DNA from: a virus
Lineage: Duplodnaviria > Caudoviricetes
Direction: 5' to 3' (one strand)
IMG/VR virus record: IMGVR_UViG_3300032247_002042
Span: 1-64,000 of that record
DNA length: 64,000 nt
Within the stretch, counting starts at the first letter, position 1. The number at the start of each line of letters is the position of its first letter. The position numbers were made by a program, and so were the translations under genes. This document shows positions 6,124-14,907 of this stretch, in pieces. The notes under the pieces were generated by a model. It worked only from the letters and a program-made list of their open reading frames with translations, did no database searches and was not told the DNA's origin.

Positions 6124-9100
6124 GTGAGCGACATGAAGAGCAAGGCATCCCCAATTGACAGGCTTCGCATGGCAACAAGAGAATTGCAATTGTTTGCCAA
6201 GAAACTCAACACATCGCAATTTGCAGAGATGGACGGGGGAAGGGGAACGCCTGAAAAGCCGCTCAAGCCGAGCGGCAAGCAGGGAGTGCCAAATACGTTC
6301 ATGCCGGGCGGCCGCGATTCGGTGAGGGCGTCATTTGGGGATTTTGCCGAAATGGACGGAGGAAGGGGAACGCCCGAAAGGCCGCTCAAGCCGAGCGGCA
6401 AGCAGGGGGTGCCAAACACGTCCATGCCGGGCGGCCGCGATCCGGTGAGGGCGTCATTTGGGGATGACAACAAGGTTCCCGTACGGATTGATAAACCGGC
6501 TCAGGTGAAAAAGCGTCCTGTCAACAAGGCCATGACTGAACTCGACTTGTACGAAGAGGCTGTCCCGTTCTATTTCGGTGGTCCCGCAGCACCGCGAGAC
6601 CATGGCATGCCCACGCGCATGCGAAAGTCCCGTCCGAATATCGACATGCTTGTCGATTTCAATCGTCGCTCATTCGGATATTCCCGCATTGACACCTTGA
6701 AGACCCTTGCCAAGTCGGCAGGGGTCAACCCACTCGAGGAAACCTTGCTGGAAAAGGGCTTTCTCAAAGACCTTACCGGATTTGGCAAAAAGTACTCGCG
6801 CTCGTCGAGTACGGTTGCAGAAGACCCTGCTGCCAGAGCGCAAAGAGAAGCGCAAGAAAGGGCAGGAACGACAGGTTTGCCGCCGGGACCATCGGCTAAT
6901 GGTGGTCGTGCAAGAGACATGGCCACCGATGCCGGAAAACTTGAGCAGCCGGGAGATGCGGCCGGACCCACACCCGATCCGACGGCAACTGCCCCAACCC
7001 AGCGGCCGGACGCCACAACCGGACCCAAACCCGATCCGGCGGCAACTGCCCCAACCCAGCGGCCGGACGCCACAACCGGACCCAAACCCGATCCGGCGGC
7101 AACTGCCCCAACCCAGCAGCCGGACGCCACAACCGGACCCAAACCCGATCCGGCGGCAACTGCCCCAACCCAGCAGCCGGACCCACAAACCCAGCAGCCG
7201 GACGCCACAACCCAACAAACGACACCCCAGAATCAACAGCCGGACGCCAATGCGACGGCCACCGGCACAACCGGATTGACCAACAAGCATCAGCAAGCCG
7301 TTGATGCGTTGCGCCGGGTCGATCCGATGTCGGCAAATGGACAGGCGGTCATCAAGCAACTTGCAGAACAGCAAGGAACACTAGGAAAAGATGGGCGCAT
7401 TGGTGTAAACAAAAACGTGAATTTCCAGCAAGCATCACGCATGCTGACGTATTTGCGTCAGGCAGGCATCATCAGTCCGTACCAATCGCCTCACAAGGTG
7501 CAATTTGACGATCAGGATCATCAGGAGGAATGGCAGTCAGCGCATGGATTGGAAAACGCCCACAGTTCCAACATGATTCTGACCTCGGCAGGCAATCATG
7601 TCATCAAGGTCAACGGACATGATGGAACGCCAATGCTGTTCACCTATGATTCTTCCAAAGGATGGGTTCCCGCGGCTGGGGTGACCGCCAACGGAGAAGT
7701 CCGCATTGGCGGCGGACAGAATACGCAATATTCCCAGAATATCAGCAATATGCTGAACACGTACATCGGTGACGGCAGGAATTTCACTGAGGACAACACA
7801 TTCGTGCCGAACTTGCATAATCGCAAGTCACGCGAAAATCTTCACGCAGGATTGCCGGGCGGTTGGCACAGGCATGACGCCCAGCAGGAGAATGTGTGGA
7901 GCAACAGGCACGCAGCAAACGAGGACGCCGTACATAAGCAGTATTCTGACAAGAACATGGCATTGGCCGAAGGACCGCGTCAAGCCCCTGCAAGAGTGCC
8001 TCATTCGTTTGACAGCAGTATTGCAAGTCGCCCTGAAGCCACCGACGCCGGAAAGCCCGGCCCCTCGGTTGATCCTCGCGCTGATGCTGACGCCGGGAAG
8101 CCCGACCCCTCGGCTAGTCCTCGCGCTGATGCTGACGCCGGGAAGCCCGACCCCTCGGCTAGTCCTCGCGCTGATGCTGACGATGACCCTAACGCTACTG
8201 TTGACCCTAACGCTACTGTTGACCCTAACGCTACTGTTGACCCTAACGCTACTGTTGACGACGCTGACACTACTGTTGACCCTAACGCTGACACAGAACC
8301 TACCGAATACAAAGAGCCTAAGGATTTAGAGCGTCTTTCGTCAGCACTGCATGATAAATTAAAAAATCGTTTTGGCGGGCAAAAAAATCCTTGGTCCACC
8401 GACGAGATTTTAGATGCTCATGGCGAGATGAAGGGAATGTACCCATACGACAAAACACATGTTGATCATGTAGTAGAAGAAATGGCAGCGGAAGGTCATA
8501 AGATTGATACAAAACAGGCCGCTGACCTTATTGCGCATTACTCAAATATGCCAAAGGATGACGCAGGAAAACCTGACGATGCATCCAAACCTTCTGATGA
8601 AGAAATTCAAGAATTTAATAAAAAACTCGCAGGTCAACTTTACGCAAAATACAATAAACCAGAAGACCTCAAAACCGCTTCGCCGGAAGCGCATAAGGAA
8701 CTGGAAGATACGATAACCGGAATGTTTCAACGTTCTCCGGATAAAACAACACTCTTGGAATCAATCAAAAATGGGTCATTCACAAAGGATTTTCAACTAG
8801 CATTGCAAAAGCAAAATCCTAAACTTAAAGCAGTATTTGAAGTAGCAAGGGATGCTACTGGCAACAGGAATGCAGTGCCTATGTTGATACAACATTATGT
8901 AAACAATGTTGATACCGCCGCGTTGGCAAAAGATAGTTTGGAAGCCAATACTGAGCAATTGAAGGAAGTGATTCGCGACGGCGGTGAAACAATAGACGAC
9001 GACACCGCTGGCAGATACGAAAATGCCGGAGATTTAAAGAGATTTGCGCCAAATCTGCATGGTCAGTTGTTATCTGATTGGAGTCATGTAAAAAGCCCCC

Positions 9101-10995
9101 AATCCGTCGATGAAATTTTATCTACCCATCGCGAATGGAAGAACGACAATCCAGACAAACCATCATATCTTGATGACATAGTTAACCTAATGAAAAACGA
9201 AACGGGTCATGAGATAACCATAGACCAAGCCGCTAAACTTTTGACGCATTATCAAAAACTAAATGCAAACAACAACGCCGATGAAAATAACGGTAAAAAA
9301 AAAAATGAGTTAGCCGGTCCTGATGGTGAAGGATTAGAAACTGCTCCCACATACACAGACTCCGAAGTCGCCTCCAAAAGATCATCTCCCGCATTCACAG
9401 AGATAACCGATGGCACTGACACCGCAGGAAAACCAGAATCTGATGCTGATGCTGATGAAACCAATGCCGAACCTGAAAAATACGAGAAACCCGAAGATGC
9501 CGTACGTTTGGCTCCAGAATTGGCTCGTTATTTAAATAAAATTGCACAAATGCCGAATTTAAAAAACGTTTCACGCGAGCGATGGCTAGATTTTCATGAG
9601 CTGCATAAAAGGGAAGGCAAAAACTCTGGTCTCAATCATGTAATGAAGGAAATGGATAAGGCAGGCTATCCGGTTACTCAAGATCAAGCACTTGACATTC
9701 TTGTGCATCACGGAGGCTCGCGAAGCGATGAGGTAGAACCCGTCACCTCCGAAGCCACCCCCGAAAGATCATCTCCCGCATTGACAGAGACACAAGAAAG
9801 CACGGACAAATTGAAGGGGACATTATACAAAGGCGATCCTGCATCCATTGAAAGTGATCACCCGGAAGCACATGCGGCGCTGACTGATTTTGTTGGTGCA
9901 TTTAAAGGTCGAAGTGGAACAAGAGGAATTTTGGCTCAAATAAAAGCCGGAACCGCAAGTGACGGCATAATAAAACAAGCGGCAGAAAAAAATCCTGTAT
10001 TGCAAGGAATACTTGATAGCGAAGATGGTCCTGCCAAAATTAGGGAAATTCTGAAACATTACGGAATGTCATCTTCTCCTGCTACATCACCAAGGAGAAG
10101 AAACGCAACATCATCTCCTCCTCCTCCTCCTCCTCCTGCTACATCACCAAGAGGAGGCGGAGGAAGGGGAAGAAGAAGAAGAGACGAAATTCCTGCAAAG
10201 GACGAACCCCCACCCATAACAGGTGCCGATAACGAAGGATCAGAGTACCGCGGCCCAGAACACCTTTGGGAAACACATCCTGAAATTGATTCTGACCTTA
10301 GACAAAGCACAAGAGAAGTATATGATGATGCAAGAGCAAACGGAGCAACACCAGAAAGAATTCGTTCAGTACAACAAGCCATGACTGAACCTGCAACATA
10401 TATGGACATGGCGGCAAAAAGTCCAAATTACAAGCTCTTTATGGAAGATTTAAGAAAAAAGTTTGAAGAAAAAGGCACCAACATATCCCCAGAACAAATA
10501 GCAGAAATCCTTGCGCATTATCATGAGCATCATTCAGGTGTCGAACCAAAAGACCACTCAGAAAACGAACCCGAAAACGAATTAGAAACGGCAAGAACCC
10601 ATTATGCAAAATTGTCAGATGATGCCAAGGAGGCAATTCGGGAAATATATGATGGTTTTAGTAATGGAAAAGAATGGAGTGACATCAGAGGAAATCTATC
10701 AGGTGGTGTCAGGCATGAAATAGAACAGTTTAGAAACAACAATCCTGCGGTATTTTCCAATATGACAACGCATTACAATGATTTGACAAAGTCTCTCCGG
10801 CGCAAAAACATGCTCAGGAAATCCAAAACGCCCACTTATTCCACGAGCATTTTGCAATCGTTCAGGAATGATCCACCGCAACGTTCAACATCTGACATGC
10901 AAGCCGAAGAATTGGCGCGACTCATGAATAGAATGTATGGATATGGAGTTGCTCAATCCTTGAAAAAGATCGAGACTACATTTAAAAGGAATTGA
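6124..10995 (+). CDS. Very large repeat-rich protein, ~1620 aa (putative internal head/ejection protein); start at 6124 GTG or 6133 ATG
   Basis: Continuous ORF with tandem repeats and six degenerate helical domains. Confidence 0.8.
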   Translation: MSDMKSKASPIDRLRMATRELQLFAKKLNTSQFAEMDGGRGTPEKPLKPSGKQGVPNTFMPGGRDSVRASFGDFAEMDGGRGTPERPLKPSGKQGVPNTSMPGGRDPVRASFGDDNKVPVRIDKPAQVKKRPVNKAMTELDLYEEAVPFYFGGPAAPRDHGMPTRMRKSRPNIDMLVDFNRRSFGYSRIDTLKTLAKSAGVNPLEETLLEKGFLKDLTGFGKKYSRSSSTVAEDPAARAQREAQERAGTTGLPPGPSANGGRARDMATDAGKLEQPGDAAGPTPDPTATAPTQRPDATTGPKPDPAATAPTQRPDATTGPKPDPAATAPTQQPDATTGPKPDPAATAPTQQPDPQTQQPDATTQQTTPQNQQPDANATATGTTGLTNKHQQAVDALRRVDPMSANGQAVIKQLAEQQGTLGKDGRIGVNKNVNFQQASRMLTYLRQAGIISPYQSPHKVQFDDQDHQEEWQSAHGLENAHSSNMILTSAGNHVIKVNGHDGTPMLFTYDSSKGWVPAAGVTANGEVRIGGGQNTQYSQNISNMLNTYIGDGRNFTEDNTFVPNLHNRKSRENLHAGLPGGWHRHDAQQENVWSNRHAANEDAVHKQYSDKNMALAEGPRQAPARVPHSFDSSIASRPEATDAGKPGPSVDPRADADAGKPDPSASPRADADAGKPDPSASPRADADDDPNATVDPNATVDPNATVDPNATVDDADTTVDPNADTEPTEYKEPKDLERLSSALHDKLKNRFGGQKNPWSTDEILDAHGEMKGMYPYDKTHVDHVVEEMAAEGHKIDTKQAADLIAHYSNMPKDDAGKPDDASKPSDEEIQEFNKKLAGQLYAKYNKPEDLKTASPEAHKELEDTITGMFQRSPDKTTLLESIKNGSFTKDFQLALQKQNPKLKAVFEVARDATGNRNAVPMLIQHYVNNVDTAALAKDSLEANTEQLKEVIRDGGETIDDDTAGRYENAGDLKRFAPNLHGQLLSDWSHVKSPQSVDEILSTHREWKNDNPDKPSYLDDIVNLMKNETGHEITIDQAAKLLTHYQKLNANNNADENNGKKKNELAGPDGEGLETAPTYTDSEVASKRSSPAFTEITDGTDTAGKPESDADADETNAEPEKYEKPEDAVRLAPELARYLNKIAQMPNLKNVSRERWLDFHELHKREGKNSGLNHVMKEMDKAGYPVTQDQALDILVHHGGSRSDEVEPVTSEATPERSSPALTETQESTDKLKGTLYKGDPASIESDHPEAHAALTDFVGAFKGRSGTRGILAQIKAGTASDGIIKQAAEKNPVLQGILDSEDGPAKIREILKHYGMSSSPATSPRRRNATSSPPPPPPPATSPRGGGGRGRRRRDEIPAKDEPPPITGADNEGSEYRGPEHLWETHPEIDSDLRQSTREVYDDARANGATPERIRSVQQAMTEPATYMDMAAKSPNYKLFMEDLRKKFEEKGTNISPEQIAEILAHYHEHHSGVEPKDHSENEPENELETARTHYAKLSDDAKEAIREIYDGFSNGKEWSDIRGNLSGGVRHEIEQFRNNNPAVFSNMTTHYNDLTKSLRRKNMLRKSKTPTYSTSILQSFRNDPPQRSTSDMQAEELARLMNRMYGYGVAQSLKKIETTFKRN
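6220..6465 (+). repeat. Intragenic 123-bp tandem duplication (41 aa x2)
   Basis: FAEMDGGRGTPE(K/R)PLKPSGKQGVPNT(F/S)MPGGRD(S/P)VRASFGD occurs twice. Confidence 0.95.
6964..7182 (+). repeat. Intragenic 57-bp tandem repeat, ~4 copies
   Basis: GPKPDPAATAPTQ(R/Q)PDATT units start at 6964, 7021, 7078 and 7135. Confidence 0.95.
8044..8290 (+). repeat. Intragenic 45-bp (x3) and 18-bp (x4+) tandem repeats
   Basis: DAGKPDPSASPRADA units, then DPNATV units. Confidence 0.93.
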
Positions 10996-10999
10996 CAAA

Positions 11000-12343
11000 A
11001 TGACATTTTCGCCATTTCCGTTCAGGCTTGAAGCGTTTGCCGAAAAACAGGACAAGAACGCGATTGAAAGAAAGATCAAGGAACTGAAAATGCAAATTCA
11101 GTTTCTGGTTCAATCGAATTTTCCAGTTCTCGGCGCGACACCGTTTGGAGACTGGACGACACGCAATTATCTTGACCGCCATTTCAGTGGCGAGCAAATG
11201 GGGCAGGACTGGCGAAAGAACATGCAAATTCAACATATGCTCCAAGAGTTGAATCAATTGGAACAAGATCACAAGAGGTTGACGCAAAAATCAGGCGAAT
11301 GGAAACGGATGGATCAATATACAGACAAGTTCATCAATGCCATTGACGAAAATGAGGATGAGGCCGATCAGGATATTGACCGCGAGCACAACGGACCCGG
11401 AGTGCCGTCATTTGTCGGCAGGTATTCCCACGGCATCGAGGAACATCGCAACAAGCTGAAGCGTCAGACCCGTGAATTGCGTGAGCGCGAAAAGAAGGAA
11501 GCAAAACGAAGTGCGGATACGGACGCACCGGAATCAATTCTCCGGCGCATGGACAAGTATGCCGACATGGAAATTGACATTGTCAAGCGCAACGAAAAGG
11601 AAGAGGAAAATCGCATCCGTCGCGATCACCGCAATCCGAATGTGCCCAAAAAAGTTCGCAAGCGCAATCACGATTATGAAGAACATACCGACGATCTGCT
11701 TGAAGAAATCAAGAAACTTCAAAGACAAGAACGACAAGATGTGAAACGACAGTTAGGAAAATCCTACGACAGATTTGATGATTCGGAATTGATCAAGGCA
11801 AAAAAGCGCAAGAAAAAGAAATGGCCAAGTTTCGACACCCAATCCAGCCAGATAGCCCGGAAGGAAGGAGTAAGCGAGGAAGACGCTGATGCCATCCTTG
11901 CTTCCCGCGGACGCAATCACGGCACAAAAAAATCCCTCTCTGAGATGTTCTTGGTGGAAGTCTATAAATCAACGCAAGGGAAGAGGCGTACAAAACCATT
12001 ATCAAAAGTTTTAGACCCAAGCATGTTTTCAGCAGTCGCTGATTTGGTGCCCGATGCGGGCGACTTGGAGAATTTGCGAGATGTGAAACATAATTTTCAT
12101 CATGCCCTCCTTCCAGTAGATGTAGCATTACAAAGAAAAAGGAACTCCGTTGATCAACAAAACAACTTCGCACGGATTGCAAGTCATCCGAAGAGAAAGC
12201 CACTTGCGGAAACTGGCATGCCTCCCGGACTTGGCTTGGCACAAAAAGTCGTTGGCGCGGCTCAAAAATGGACCAAACCCGGATCGATAAGCGGACCTGT
12301 TATGGGTGGAATTCAACAAGTTAGACAAAGAATAGGATTTTAA
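11000..12343 (+). CDS. Charged helical protein, 447 aa (putative internal head protein)
   Basis: Shares the WPSFD.QSS.IARKEGVSE..ADAILASR motif with 4068-6101; internal RMD.Y.D...EEH duplication. Confidence 0.75.
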   Translation: MTFSPFPFRLEAFAEKQDKNAIERKIKELKMQIQFLVQSNFPVLGATPFGDWTTRNYLDRHFSGEQMGQDWRKNMQIQHMLQELNQLEQDHKRLTQKSGEWKRMDQYTDKFINAIDENEDEADQDIDREHNGPGVPSFVGRYSHGIEEHRNKLKRQTRELREREKKEAKRSADTDAPESILRRMDKYADMEIDIVKRNEKEEENRIRRDHRNPNVPKKVRKRNHDYEEHTDDLLEEIKKLQRQERQDVKRQLGKSYDRFDDSELIKAKKRKKKKWPSFDTQSSQIARKEGVSEEDADAILASRGRNHGTKKSLSEMFLVEVYKSTQGKRRTKPLSKVLDPSMFSAVADLVPDAGDLENLRDVKHNFHHALLPVDVALQRKRNSVDQQNNFARIASHPKRKPLAETGMPPGLGLAQKVVGAAQKWTKPGSISGPVMGGIQQVRQRIGF

Positions 12344-12348
12344 TCATA

Positions 12349-12768
12349 ATGTACGAATATAGAGTAAGCAGATTGCTTGAGGTCATTGATGGGGATACCA
12401 TTGATGTGCAGATCGACCTCGGATTTGATGTGTCGTTTACCAGTCGTGTGCGGCTGAATGGCATTGACACACCGGAAAGTCGCACAACCGATTTGAATGA
12501 GAAGAAGTATGGTCTTGAGGCAAAAGAATGGCTCAAGCATCGGCTTGAATCCGCAAAGACCATTGTCATCCGGACGGAAAAGCCTGACTCTAGCGAGAAA
12601 TATGGCAGGATATTGGGAACATTGTTCATTGACGGAGAAACCGTTTCCATCAATGACCAGCTGATCAAGGGTGGATATGCATGGGCGTATGATGGTGGAA
12701 CCAAGCACAAGGACTTCGCCGCACTGGATCATCAGCGCATCAGCACGAGCGGAAGTCTCAAGGTGTAA
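12349..12768 (+). CDS. Thermonuclease (SNase-like)
   Basis: VIDGDTIDV, RVRLNGIDTPE, KYGRILG. Confidence 0.92.
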   Translation: MYEYRVSRLLEVIDGDTIDVQIDLGFDVSFTSRVRLNGIDTPESRTTDLNEKKYGLEAKEWLKHRLESAKTIVIRTEKPDSSEKYGRILGTLFIDGETVSINDQLIKGGYAWAYDGGTKHKDFAALDHQRISTSGSLKV

Positions 12769-12770
12769 TC

Positions 12771-13769
12771 GTGTCTCAACCATTTCCATTGCAACTCAAG
12801 TACATCAAGGATGTCGAGCCGCTCATCAAGGCAAAGAAAAGCGGCGGACATCGCATTGCCGTCATGTCGGACATTCACGGCAATGTTCATGCGCTTGATG
12901 CCGCATTGCGGCATGCAATGGAAAACGGCGGGTTTGATCAATTGGTCGTACCCGGAGACATCATTGGTTATGGCGGAAATCCCAATGAAGTGATCGACCG
13001 CTTGCGAAAAATCGAGGCATCCGGCATTCCGGTCCACGCCACCATGGGCAATCATGAGGCAGCGGTGAGCGGGAAACTGAGCAGCAACGGAACAGGCGAT
13101 ACCGTTCAGGACACTTTCAATCCATACGCGTCAGATGCCATTGATCGCACGCGAGAGGCACTTACGGCGGCAAACCGCAAATGGATCAAGGGTCTTCCAC
13201 CCATTGCCCGCGTGCAATTTCCGGGCGTGCCTCATGGCAGTTTTGTGGTTGCCCATGGAACGGTTGGTGATCCGATTGAGGAATATTCACACGACCCGCA
13301 TTCCAAATCCGGATCGACGCCTCCGTTTCAGTTTGGCGCCCTTGATGACCGGCGGATTCGTGCCGATCATATCATCAATGGGCACACACACATTCCCAAC
13401 GTCGAAGTGCTTAGCCCTACAGGAGCAGTGCCGACTGCCGACGACATCGAGGACGGAAATGAATACGGATACGCTCCCGGTTTCTACACCCGAACCACAA
13501 TGAAGATAAAGCCAGATAGTCCCATTTCGAGTACGCATCGCGGCGCAAGCGTCGCAAAGGGCGAGCGAATGGTCATCAATCCCGGCAGTGTGGGACAGCC
13601 ACGCGACAGAAACCCCCTTGCTTCCTATTCGGTCATTCATTCGGATGGAGGAAAAGGGCTTGATGTCACAAATCATCGGGTGAGTTATGATATTGCAGGA
13701 GCGCAAGACGCCATGCAATCGGCTGGAATGCATCCTCGCCTAGTTGATCGGATTCGTAACGGCACGTAA
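12771..13769 (+). CDS. Calcineurin-like metallophosphoesterase
   Basis: SDIHGN, GDIIGYG, GNHE, AHG, GHTH, INPGSVGQPRD. Confidence 0.92.
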   Translation: MSQPFPLQLKYIKDVEPLIKAKKSGGHRIAVMSDIHGNVHALDAALRHAMENGGFDQLVVPGDIIGYGGNPNEVIDRLRKIEASGIPVHATMGNHEAAVSGKLSSNGTGDTVQDTFNPYASDAIDRTREALTAANRKWIKGLPPIARVQFPGVPHGSFVVAHGTVGDPIEEYSHDPHSKSGSTPPFQFGALDDRRIRADHIINGHTHIPNVEVLSPTGAVPTADDIEDGNEYGYAPGFYTRTTMKIKPDSPISSTHRGASVAKGERMVINPGSVGQPRDRNPLASYSVIHSDGGKGLDVTNHRVSYDIAGAQDAMQSAGMHPRLVDRIRNGT

Positions 13770-13778
13770 TTCTACCGT

Positions 13779-13787
13779 TGGTATACT
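13779..13787 (+). promoter_or_regulatory. Extended -10 promoter TGGTATACT
   Basis: Upstream of SD AGGAG and the DHFR ATG. Confidence 0.6.
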
Positions 13788-13807
13788 CTGCTCGCTAGGA
13801 GCAGACC

Positions 13808-14347
13808 ATGATCACCCTCATTGCGGCCTGCGCCCCGGATACATCGGGGCGACTGGTCATTGGCCGGAACAATTCCCTTCCGTGGCATTTGCCAGAGGAT
13901 TTGGACTGGTTTCGAATGCAGACACTTGGACGAACCATTGTGATGGGTCGAAAGACCTTGGAGAGCATCCCCGGCGGACCTCTTCCAAAGCGACATTCCT
14001 ATGTGCTGACACGCAATCCCGAGTGGACACGTCCTGATGTGGATGTCGTTCGCGATCATTTGACGTTGGTTGATGCGTATGCAGAATCTGATACGTTCCT
14101 GTATGTCTGTGGCGGATCAGAAGTGTATCAATTATTCTATCCATATGCTTCATCAATTCTATTGACATACATTGAACACACTGTTTCCGGTGATGCATTC
14201 TTCCCCATTGATATACAGACAATACAAAATGATTTTGAATTGATAGTGGTTGACAGGGAAAGCAAGACCGTATCTCCTGAAAAGTGGGCAGGCAAGACGG
14301 AGTTGCACTGGGAGCATCGTTGCTATACCAAACGGCCGGTTTCGTGA
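13808..14347 (+). CDS. folA: Dihydrofolate reductase
   Basis: VIGRNNSLPWHLPEDL, VMGRKT, PLPKR, GGSEVY, GDAFFP. Confidence 0.95.
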   Translation: MITLIAACAPDTSGRLVIGRNNSLPWHLPEDLDWFRMQTLGRTIVMGRKTLESIPGGPLPKRHSYVLTRNPEWTRPDVDVVRDHLTLVDAYAESDTFLYVCGGSEVYQLFYPYASSILLTYIEHTVSGDAFFPIDIQTIQNDFELIVVDRESKTVSPEKWAGKTELHWEHRCYTKRPVS

Positions 14348-14907
14348 TGGCACAACCCTATCAGTTCATCAGGATACCACTTGGGCCAAGAATGCTCGAG
14401 GAAGCATCGCGTCGGGCCGCAGAATTGCCCATTTACCGGCAATCGCATCGGGGCTTGCAGGCCAATCAGGTTGGATGCATCGGCGAAGTGGTCGCTGAAC
14501 AGGTGCTAAAGCGCCTTGAGGTTCCCGTCCTTCCCGTGTATGGCGTTACGCATGATCTCGAGGTCCGCGGAAAACGCACGGAGATCAAGACCAAGGATCG
14601 TACAGTGGCTCCGAAGAGTACGTATGAATGCTCGGTGCCCCTGTACAACGCCGCCGTGCAGTGTCCTGAAATGTATATCTTCCTGAGCATTGAGCGCAAC
14701 ATTGTTCCGCGGGAATCGATGGATATTTTTCGCTTTCACACCGCGTGGGTTGTCGGATATGCCACCGACATGGACATGAATGAAAAGTCAATGATCAAGA
14801 AGGCAGGAACAATGGAACCAAACGGGGTTTCATTCTTTACTGATTGCCGAAATATTTCCATTTCCCAGTTGCGCCCATTCATGACACTTGCCAACGAAAC
14901 AAAATAA
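14347..14907 (+). CDS. PD-(D/E)xK-like protein, 186 aa
   Basis: GCIGE...HDLEVRGKRTEIKTK; overlaps both the DHFR stop and the dnaE start. Confidence 0.6.
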   Translation: MAQPYQFIRIPLGPRMLEEASRRAAELPIYRQSHRGLQANQVGCIGEVVAEQVLKRLEVPVLPVYGVTHDLEVRGKRTEIKTKDRTVAPKSTYECSVPLYNAAVQCPEMYIFLSIERNIVPRESMDIFRFHTAWVVGYATDMDMNEKSMIKKAGTMEPNGVSFFTDCRNISISQLRPFMTLANETK

